In this document: positions 1-7,891 of the stretch, piece after piece | How the letters are laid out: every line of letters starts with the position of its first letter | How positions within the stretch are numbered: the first letter of the stretch is position 1 | Source of the DNA: a bacterium | GTDB lineage: Bacteria; Krumholzibacteriota; Krumholzibacteriia; LZORAL124-64-63 | Direction: 5' to 3' | DNA: 64,000 bases | NCBI GenBank assembly: GCA_031441465.1 | Contig: JANOEP010000035.1 | Location: 1 to 64,000, forward strand | The notes under the pieces: model-generated | Told to the model about the DNA's origin: nothing | What the model saw: only the letters and a program-made list of their open reading frames with translations | The model's database searches: none | Position numbers and translations under genes: made by a program

Positions 1-221
1 GAGCCGGGTGGCTGAGCTGACGCCGCGCGGGTGGCTGGCGGCCAGGGCGACGGCAGCGGTCATCAACAACAATCAAGCGTAACTGGGGACCATATCGCAG
101 ATCGTCGGCGGCTGGAATACGCCGGTCGTCGGACGTTTACCGATAAGGATCCGGGACCGCGGCGGTCCAGGTACGTCCGTCGATACGAGAACTGTCGGCA
201 CTGATCAAGGGAGACAACCCG

Positions 222-932
222 ATGGCTGAGATCCGGAAAGCCGCGCGATTGGCGGGCCTGCTCTACCTGCCCGTCGTGCTCGTCGGTCCGTTCGTCCTGC
301 TTTACGTGCCGGGCAAGATCTTCGTGGCGGGAGACGCGACCGCGACGGCCGGCAATATCCTCGCTCACCAGGCACTGTTCCGGGCGAATATCGTGGCGGG
401 AATGATCTCCCAACTGTTCTTCATCGCGGCGGCTCTGGCCCTTTACCAGTTGCTCAGGGACGTGGGCCGCCGGCTTGCAGGTCTCATGGTGATCCTCATC
501 CTGATCGTTGCACCGCTGGCGATCTCGGGTGCCGCGAACGAAATCGCGACCCTGAAACTGCTGAACGACCCCGGGTTCTTCTCCGGATTCGACGCGCCGC
601 AACGCAACGCTCTGGTGACGTTGCTGCTCGAGTTCGATCGGAACGGCACCCTGGCGTCGGAGCTGTACTGGGGGTTGTGGCTGCTGCCTCTCGGCATCTT
701 GGTGTACCGGTCGCGGTTCCTGCCGCGCTTCCTCGGTGTCTGGCTGGTCGCCAATGGCATGGCCTACGTGATCATCAGCATCACGGGCATTCTGTGGCCG
801 CAACACCACGACGTCTTGTTCAAGCTCGCCACGCCATTGATGTTCGGTGAGGCGGTGCTGATGCTCTGGCTGATCGTCGTCGGGGCCAGGGTTCGTCCTG
901 CGGCACAGGGCGGTCTTCAACGACACGGATGA
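222..932 (+). CDS. DUF4386-like integral membrane protein
   Basis: 236 aa with about 6 hydrophobic segments; ARLAGLLYL start and 'FWGLWLLPLG.L.YRS.FLPR.LG'-like stretch typical of DUF4386; AGGGAG RBS upstream. Confidence 0.75.
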   Translation: MAEIRKAARLAGLLYLPVVLVGPFVLLYVPGKIFVAGDATATAGNILAHQALFRANIVAGMISQLFFIAAALALYQLLRDVGRRLAGLMVILILIVAPLAISGAANEIATLKLLNDPGFFSGFDAPQRNALVTLLLEFDRNGTLASELYWGLWLLPLGILVYRSRFLPRFLGVWLVANGMAYVIISITGILWPQHHDVLFKLATPLMFGEAVLMLWLIVVGARVRPAAQGGLQRHG

Positions 933-1213
933 CGCGCCCGGGAACGCGGCATGCTCGGGGGATTGCATCGTCGATGCCATCGCGAAGCTGCCCGGTTCAT
1001 CCTTGCGAGGCGGCTCACGACTCCGCGGGAGACGTCTGCCCAACCGAAGCTTGTTAGCATTTCACATCGACTCCCACCCGAATCTGCTCATTCACATTCA
1101 CCGGGCGATTCGGCCTTGGCCCTGCCAAGAATGCGACCTGCGTCCCTGACTTTTTACTCCCGCCGACGGAAGAGCGGTTGACCCGACACCTTCCAAGTTG
1201 TTGTATTGACGCC

Positions 1214-2884
1214 ATGAACTGGATTGCGCCCCTACTGACCAACCACGTCGCGCACGGGATGCTCGTCCTGTGTGCGGTCGCGGCGTTGGGCTTGACGCTC
1301 GGCAGCCTGAAGGTCCGCGGGCTGGGGCTGGGCATCGCCGGGACGCTGTTCGTCGGCATCCTCTTCGGTCATTTCGGGCTGAACATCGACCCGGAAATCC
1401 GCAACTTCCTGCAGGAATTCGGACTCATCATCTTCGTCTACACCATCGGCATCCAGGTCGGGCCCGGTTTCCTGACGTCGCTGCGCCGGCGCGGGCTGCC
1501 GCTGAATCTCCTGGCCGCCGCCGTCGTCCTGGTCGGCGCCGTGACCACGGTCGGACTCTGCCTGTGGCTCAAGATCGACTTGGCGACGGGCGTCGGCGTC
1601 TTTTCCGGTGCGACCACGAACACGCCGTCGCTGGGCGCCGCCCAGCAGGCGCTCAAGAGCATCGGCGCTCCCGAAGCCCGCGTGGCGGCTCCCGGCCTCG
1701 GTTACGCGGTCTGCTACCCGTTCGGCATCCTCGGCATCATCATCGCCATGCTGATCGTGCGCTCCGTCGGGCGCATCAAGGTGCCCGACGAAGTGGAGGC
1801 GTTCCGCGAAGAGCAGCGCGCCGGTCGTCGCAGCATGGAGACGCGGACGCTGGTCGTCGAGAACCCGAACCTGGCCGGTCTGTCGGTGCGCCAGGTGCCT
1901 GGGCGCGAGGAATTTCAGATCGTGATCTCGCGCATCCGCCGGGTCGGACCCGGCGAGGTGGAGACGGCGTCGCCGGACACCGTCCTGGCGCTGGGCGACC
2001 TGGTGCTGGCGGTCGGCACGCCCGAGAACCTCGAGAAGTTCTGCGTGATCGTCGGCAGCCGCAGCGACGAAGACCTGATGACCCTGCCCGGGCCGGTCCA
2101 GCACACGCGCGTCGTGGTGACGCGGCGCGAGGTGCTCGGCCGGTCACTGGGAGAACTGGCGCTGGACCAGGTGCACGGGGCCGTCGTGGCGCGCCTGACC
2201 CGCGCCGATCTCGAGATCAGCGGCGCGGTCGACGTGCGGCTGCAGTTCGGCGACATGGTCCACCTGGTCGGCACGCAGGCGGCGCTGGACAACGCCGCGA
2301 AGGCGCTGGGCAACTCGGTCACGCAGCTCAACCACACCAAGCTGATCCCGGTGTTCCTGGGGATCTGCCTGGGCGTGCTGTTCGGCGGCATCCCGTTCGT
2401 GCTGCCGGGGATTCCGGCCCCGGTGCGGCTGGGCCTGGCGGGCGGACCGCTGATCGTGGCCATCGTGCTGAGCCGCATCGGCCAGATCGGACCGCTGCTG
2501 TGGTACATGCCGGTCAACGCGAACGTGCTGCTGCGGGAATTCGGGATCGTGCTGTTCCTGTCCTGCGTGGGCCTGCGCAGCGGCGAGCAGTTCTTCGCCA
2601 CGCTGCTGCAGGGGCAGGGGTTCCTGTGGATGGGCATGGGCGTGGTGATCACGCTGCTGCCGCTGCTGCTGGTGAGCCTGGTGGCGCGGCGGTACATGCA
2701 CCTCAACTACCTGAACATCTGCGGCCTGTTGTCCGGCAGCATGACCGACCCGCCGGCGCTGGCGTTCGCCACCACGGTCACCGGCTCGAACGCGCCGAAC
2801 GTGGCCTACGCGACGGTCTACCCGCTGGCGATGCTCCTGCGCATCGCGGTGGCGCAACTGATCGTGCTCATCTTCTGCAACTAG
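1214..2884 (+). CDS. YidE/YbjL (AspT family) putative transporter with two TrkA-C domains
   Basis: Duplicated membrane domains with GATTNTPSLGAA and GSMTDPPALAFA motifs flanking a soluble TrkA-C pair; start placed at ATG 1214. Confidence 0.9.
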   Translation: MNWIAPLLTNHVAHGMLVLCAVAALGLTLGSLKVRGLGLGIAGTLFVGILFGHFGLNIDPEIRNFLQEFGLIIFVYTIGIQVGPGFLTSLRRRGLPLNLLAAAVVLVGAVTTVGLCLWLKIDLATGVGVFSGATTNTPSLGAAQQALKSIGAPEARVAAPGLGYAVCYPFGILGIIIAMLIVRSVGRIKVPDEVEAFREEQRAGRRSMETRTLVVENPNLAGLSVRQVPGREEFQIVISRIRRVGPGEVETASPDTVLALGDLVLAVGTPENLEKFCVIVGSRSDEDLMTLPGPVQHTRVVVTRREVLGRSLGELALDQVHGAVVARLTRADLEISGAVDVRLQFGDMVHLVGTQAALDNAAKALGNSVTQLNHTKLIPVFLGICLGVLFGGIPFVLPGIPAPVRLGLAGGPLIVAIVLSRIGQIGPLLWYMPVNANVLLREFGIVLFLSCVGLRSGEQFFATLLQGQGFLWMGMGVVITLLPLLLVSLVARRYMHLNYLNICGLLSGSMTDPPALAFATTVTGSNAPNVAYATVYPLAMLLRIAVAQLIVLIFCN

Positions 2885-2929
2885 GCGCCAAGGAGGGTCG
2901 TCGGCCGGCGGGCTGTCTCTTCGTTCTGC

Positions 2930-2958
2930 TTGACATACATAGCAAAGCAATGTATAGT
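2930..2958 (+). promoter_or_regulatory. Sigma70 promoter overlapped by a palindromic PadR-type operator
   Basis: TTGACA (2930-2935), 17 bp spacer, TATAGT (2953-2958); inverted repeat ATACAT-N9-ATGTAT (2935-2955) covers the spacer, upstream of the PadR gene. Confidence 0.8.
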
Positions 2959-3011
2959 ACTGGCAGGTATGGTGGATTCTGGTTCCTCAGCGCCGTGCGA
3001 GCCGTGAAATC

Positions 3012-3398
3012 ATGGAGATCAACAAGGACCTGACGGCCGCTGCCTCGACCCCGCTCGTCCTGGCGATCCTGGCCGAAGACGACAGCTACGGCTACGCCAT
3101 CATCAAACGAGTGCGGAAGTTGTCCGCCGGGCGCATGGAGTGGACGGACGGCATGCTGTACCCCGTCCTGCACCGGCTCGAGCGGCTCGGCCACGTCGAG
3201 GCGAGGTGGGAAGTCGCGCAGAGCGGCCGCCGCCGCAAGTACTACCGGATCACGGCCGGCGGCCGCGCCCAGCTCGCGGCGGAACGCAGCCAGTGGCAAG
3301 CGGTGGACGCGACGCTGCGGGGCATCTGGTCGGCGCTCCCCGTATCCGCCCCGGCCGACTGCCCGGCTTCGGTCGCGCCGTTTCCCCAAGGAGCCTGA
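3012..3398 (+). CDS. PadR family transcriptional regulator
   Basis: YGYAII...GMLYPVLHRLE...RRRKYYRIT..G winged-helix signature. Confidence 0.92.
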   Translation: MEINKDLTAAASTPLVLAILAEDDSYGYAIIKRVRKLSAGRMEWTDGMLYPVLHRLERLGHVEARWEVAQSGRRRKYYRITAGGRAQLAAERSQWQAVDATLRGIWSALPVSAPADCPASVAPFPQGA

Positions 3399-3401
3399 AC
3401 G

Positions 3402-4772
3402 ATGACGTCTGCGGGTCCCACGGTTTCGCTCGAGGACCAGATCGACCAGTGGCGCAGCTATTTCCGGCGCCGGCAGGCGATCCACGCCGTCGACGTGGCG
3501 GAGCTGGAAGACCACCTGCGCGAGCAGATCGTGGGCCTGGTCGACGCGGGGCTCGCCGCCGACGAAGCGTTCCTGGTGGCGGTCAAGCGCATGGGCAGCC
3601 TCGACGACCTCTCGCGGGAGTTCGCGCGCGAACATTCGGACCGCCTCTGGAAGCAGCTTGTCGTCGACCCCTTCGAATCCGCAGAACCGCATGGGCGAGC
3701 CAGGAGGGACGCCGCCGTCGCCTTCTGCATTGCGGTCGCGGCGGCCGCGGCCGTCAAGGCGCCGGGGCTCTTCGGGTTCCAGTGGGGCGAAGCTGAGGGC
3801 TTCTACGCCCGCAATCTGAGTCTCTTCGTGCTTCCCCTCCTGGCCGGCTATTTCGTCTGGAAACGGCGGCTCGACACCCGCGCCGTGCGCGGGCTGGCCG
3901 CGGCCATCGTCGCGGCGGGCGTTTTCGCCAACGTCTACCCGCACGCGTCGGGCGGCTCCACCGAGGTGCTCTCGGTGCTGCACTTGCCGATCGCGCTCTG
4001 GCTGGTCGTGGGCATCGCGTATGCGGGCGGCCGGTGGGGCCAGGTGGGCGGCCGCATGGACTTCATCCGCTTCTCGGGCGAACTCTTCATCTACTACGTG
4101 CTGATCGCCCTCGGGGGTGGCGTCCTCACGGGATTCATGGTGATGATCTTCCAGGCCATCGGGGTCGACGTCGAACTCTTCTTCCAGTCGTGGCTGCTGC
4201 CGTGCGGCGCCATGGGGGCCGTCGTGATCGCCTCCTGGCTGGTGGAGGCCAAGCAGAGCGTGATCGAGAACATGGCGCCGGTGCTGACGCGCCTCTTCAC
4301 GCCCCTGTTCGTCGCCGTGCTGGTCGCGTTCCTGGCGACCCTGCTGTGGACCGGGCGCGGCGTCGACATCGAGCGGAACCTGCTCATCGCCTTCGACCTG
4401 CTCCTGGTGGTGGTCCTGGGCCTGCTGCTCTATTCCGTCTCCGCCCGCGACCACAGGGCGCCCCCCGGCGTCTTCGACGTGCTCCAGGTCGTGCTGCTGG
4501 TCAGCGCGCTGCTGGCCGACGCGGTCGCGCTGTGGGCGATTGCCGCGCGCATCTCCGAGTTCGGATTCAGCCCCAACCGCGTGGCCGCGTTGGGCGAGAA
4601 CGCGATCCTGCTCGTCAATCTCGCCTGGTCGACCGTGCTCTACGTGAGGTTCCTGCGCGGGCGAGGCTCGTTCTCGCGCCTGGAACGCTGGCAGACGGAC
4701 TACCTGCCGGTCTATGCCGTGTGGGCGGCGATCGTCGTGATCGCCTTCCCGCCGCTGTTCGGGTTCGTCTGA
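3402..4772 (+). CDS. Membrane protein with N-terminal permease-prefix (HAAS-like) helical domain
   Basis: ELEDHLRE...GL..DEAFLVAVKRMG N-terminal motif followed by many TM segments; directly downstream of PadR. Confidence 0.75.
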   Translation: MTSAGPTVSLEDQIDQWRSYFRRRQAIHAVDVAELEDHLREQIVGLVDAGLAADEAFLVAVKRMGSLDDLSREFAREHSDRLWKQLVVDPFESAEPHGRARRDAAVAFCIAVAAAAAVKAPGLFGFQWGEAEGFYARNLSLFVLPLLAGYFVWKRRLDTRAVRGLAAAIVAAGVFANVYPHASGGSTEVLSVLHLPIALWLVVGIAYAGGRWGQVGGRMDFIRFSGELFIYYVLIALGGGVLTGFMVMIFQAIGVDVELFFQSWLLPCGAMGAVVIASWLVEAKQSVIENMAPVLTRLFTPLFVAVLVAFLATLLWTGRGVDIERNLLIAFDLLLVVVLGLLLYSVSARDHRAPPGVFDVLQVVLLVSALLADAVALWAIAARISEFGFSPNRVAALGENAILLVNLAWSTVLYVRFLRGRGSFSRLERWQTDYLPVYAVWAAIVVIAFPPLFGFV

Positions 4773-4836
4773 CGGGTGGGCAGAGAAGTCGACGGCGACG
4801 CCGGGATATTCCGGACTGTTCGGCCCGCCACCGCAC

Positions 4837-5649
4837 CTACCTCGCGAACATGAAGCCGATGCCGACCCGGGTGATCGACTCCCGGTAATCCATCAGGCTT
4901 TCCCCGTAGCCGTGCGACATCCTCAGGACCAGAAAGCTCTCCGTGGTGTGGGGCACCGGCAGGCTGTAGTTCAGGCTGGCGTTCCCCCGGCCCGAGCCCA
5001 GGACGCCGCGCACCGTGAAGTGTGCGAGTTGCCCCCGTCCCAACCGGTAGTACAGGTGGATGTCGCTGTAGCCGAGGTAATCCGTGATGTCGGGATTGTC
5101 GTCACCCGTGGCGTCTTCGGGGTTCGACTTGGCGGGCTCCGGGATGCGGTACCTCAGCTTGAGATAGAGGAGCAGGTTGCCGCGCTGGTACCAGGGGGAC
5201 AGGTAGAGGAGATTCCAACTGCGTGAAAGCGGAACCCGCTGGCCGTTCGACTCGTGCTCCAGCCCCGCGTCCGCGCCGAGGGCGCCCGCGGCGTACGCAG
5301 TCGGCGCGAACCGATAAAAGATCTCGGGGTTGTAGTTGGTGTCGCGCAGGGGAGAGGAGTTGTGGATGTCGTAGGTCTGCCAGAACGAGATCTGCGAGTA
5401 GGCGAGGTAGCACCTCGTGCCGAACAGGCGGTGCTTCGCGCTCAACTGGAACACGGCCTCGGCCCGCCGCCCGTTGTACGCGTCGGAATACGTGTACGGC
5501 AGTACGAGGATCTCTTTGTGCGGGGACAGGCCGGGTCCGGTCTGGATGATCTGGAACTTGTTGTCGGGCGTGAAGGTGGAGCAGGAGGCCGGAGACGGGG
5601 TTGCGAGCAGCAGAAACAGGAATGCAGCCGCAGGCGGAATTCGATGCAC
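4837..5649 (-). CDS. pldA: Outer membrane phospholipase A (OMPLA)
   Basis: FQLSAK, YSQISFWQ, RDTNYNPE, catalytic HESNG, SRSWN and GYGESLMDY motifs; signal peptide; probable GTG start at 5649. Confidence 0.88.
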   Translation of the reverse strand: MHRIPPAAAFLFLLLATPSPASCSTFTPDNKFQIIQTGPGLSPHKEILVLPYTYSDAYNGRRAEAVFQLSAKHRLFGTRCYLAYSQISFWQTYDIHNSSPLRDTNYNPEIFYRFAPTAYAAGALGADAGLEHESNGQRVPLSRSWNLLYLSPWYQRGNLLLYLKLRYRIPEPAKSNPEDATGDDNPDITDYLGYSDIHLYYRLGRGQLAHFTVRGVLGSGRGNASLNYSLPVPHTTESFLVLRMSHGYGESLMDYRESITRVGIGFMFAR

Positions 5650-5909
5650 GTTGGCCTCTTTCGTCGGACGCTCGATCACAGGTGAGCACGCTCGCGAGCG
5701 TCGATCCGGCGGCCGAGAGCCGGGGGATCTTACGTGGCGCTCGGCGAGACGTCAATGTCCGGTCGAGCCGGCGAAGTGGAGTCGGGGCGTCGGATCATCA
5801 CGTGCAAGAAGCGCACAACGGTGTTAGCTTGTGAAGATCGAGCTGTTGCGAGGAGGCTGGGTAGACCTGGCCGCGGTCGGCAGCGAGCCCTTTCAGGGGA
5901 GGCCGGGGT

Positions 5910-6578
5910 ATGTGGGAACGCAAGGTTCTCTCGCAGGCAACGATGGTGCTGGCGGCGATCGTCGTGGCGGGGGCGGTGCGGGCCCAGGTGCCGCTGGTGC
6001 CCAAGCCGGAATTCGGCATCAAGGCCGGGCTCAACTTGTCGTCCATCGACACGGACCAGCTCGGGTCGTCGACCCGGTCGGGCTTCGTGGGCGGTGTCTA
6101 CCTCGATCTGCCGACCATCCTGCTGCACGTGCAGGCCGAGGCGCTGATTTCCCAGTACGGCTTCGAGGGCGGCACGCCTCTGGGCAACTACCTGGGCAGC
6201 CATGAACTCGAATACCGCAGCACGTTCCTGCAGGTCCCGGTCCTGCTCGTGATGGCGCTGCCGTTGCCCGTGGTGTCGCCACGCGTCTACGCCGGTCCGG
6301 CCCTCAACATCCCGCTCAAGAGCGAGGTGAAGCTCGACGGTGACTGGTCGGACATCAGGGATGACACCAAGAACGCCTGGAGCTTGATTCTGGGCGCCGG
6401 CGTGAAGATCATGAACATCGGCGTGGACCTGCGTTACGACATCGGCGTGACGGCTCTCAACGATCGTCCGGTGGGCGATATCCTCGACGACGCCCTCGAT
6501 GAGGTCACCGGCGCCGACCAGTACAAGGACATCAAGGAACGCACGTTCTCGGTGACGGTCTCGTTTGCGCTGTTCTAG
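5910..6578 (+). CDS. Outer membrane beta-barrel (porin family) protein
   Basis: Signal peptide, FGIKAGLNLS, alternating beta strands, DLRYDIG, C-terminal Phe. Confidence 0.75.
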   Translation: MWERKVLSQATMVLAAIVVAGAVRAQVPLVPKPEFGIKAGLNLSSIDTDQLGSSTRSGFVGGVYLDLPTILLHVQAEALISQYGFEGGTPLGNYLGSHELEYRSTFLQVPVLLVMALPLPVVSPRVYAGPALNIPLKSEVKLDGDWSDIRDDTKNAWSLILGAGVKIMNIGVDLRYDIGVTALNDRPVGDILDDALDEVTGADQYKDIKERTFSVTVSFALF

Positions 6579-6668
6579 AGAGCGGTGGACCGGCGTTGAC
6601 AGCTGGAGCCGAGGGACGAGTTCACGCTCACGGGATAGGGCTGCGGCCCATTCGTTCGCTCCGCTCGG

Positions 6669-7565
6669 TCACTTCACGACCACGACACGCTGCAACCCGG
6701 AAGGTCGGGTTTCGGAATTCGTCCGCACGAAATAGATGCCCGCCGCAACGCGGCGTCCGCCGTCGTCGCAAAGGTCCCAGTTCGTGCGGCCGGAGGCGTC
6801 CAGCACGAGTGAGCGGACGCGGGTCCCTCTGGCCGAGTACACGGCGAGTTGCTCTGCCGCGACGGACTTCTGGCCGCTCAGGCTGATCTGCACCCGACTG
6901 CCGGCGGGGTTCGGCGACAGCACGAGATCGAAAGCGGCGCCCGCCTGCGGGTCCAGGAAATCGGCGGCGACTGTGGATGGATCGCTGAGCGTCAGGGCGG
7001 TCAGGGCGTAATCGAGGGTCAGGTTGACCACGTAGGTGTCGTAGTTGACGAGAGCGGCGGTCGAACCGAGCGGGTTCGGCGAAGTGTCGTAGGAGAACTC
7101 CATCCCGTAATTCCCGGAGACGTCGAAGTAAAGAGGGTCGTTCAACGGCTCTTCGCCGTTCAGGAGCGGGACGATCTCGATCGCGCGACCGGCGCCCGCG
7201 TTCCCCAGCAACTTCGCGGTGAACGAGGTCAGGTCGAAGACGCCGCCGTCCAGACGCCGGACCGTGATCTTGGCCTTGTCAGGGTTCGGTCCGGCCGTGA
7301 CGTACTGGGCTTCGATGCCATCGGGCCACGGAATCCGGACCGCCCGCCCGATGGGTTCGGACCCGCCCCCCGTGAAGAGCTTGTCCCTGGTGTAGACGAA
7401 CAGGTAGCCTTCGCAGCTGATCGTGTCCGAAGTGGTCCCGGCGCCCACGAACGTGGCGACCTGATTCGGATTGAAGTACACCGTGACGCCGGCGGCGGCC
7501 CCGTGCGGGATCAAGCACGCCAGAACCGCGGTCAACGCGATTGTCGATCCATGGATCGCTCTCAT
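6669..7565 (-). CDS. Secreted protein with C-terminal FlgD-Ig/T9SS-like sorting domain
   Basis: Signal peptide (AAA-G); C-terminus SPNP...VYSARGTRVRSL...WDLCDDGGRRVAAGIYF. Confidence 0.75.
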   Translation of the reverse strand: MRAIHGSTIALTAVLACLIPHGAAAGVTVYFNPNQVATFVGAGTTSDTISCEGYLFVYTRDKLFTGGGSEPIGRAVRIPWPDGIEAQYVTAGPNPDKAKITVRRLDGGVFDLTSFTAKLLGNAGAGRAIEIVPLLNGEEPLNDPLYFDVSGNYGMEFSYDTSPNPLGSTAALVNYDTYVVNLTLDYALTALTLSDPSTVAADFLDPQAGAAFDLVLSPNPAGSRVQISLSGQKSVAAEQLAVYSARGTRVRSLVLDASGRTNWDLCDDGGRRVAAGIYFVRTNSETRPSGLQRVVVVK

Positions 7566-7891
7566 CTTGGCACACCCCACTTGTGGACGAATCCCTATCG
7601 CCGGGATTGTACGTGAGTTTGGTAATTCCCGCCAGAGGCGGTATCCGGGCTGGTTCCGGCACCAAGACGTCCAACTGTTCCGGATCTTGGGGTTGCGGGT
7701 GGTCCGTTGGGCCGATCAGTCCGCGATCCCGTAATTGATCGATGATTCCTGTTTCCCGACTGTATGTGCTGTCATATGATCGTCGTCTGTCCGCGTCGTC
7801 GCGAGACCGATGCGTGAGGATCCGGGACCCCTGGGCCTGACCGTGAGAAACTGCCGGCGGCGCTCCGGGCCGCTAATCCCGGAGAGGTGAG

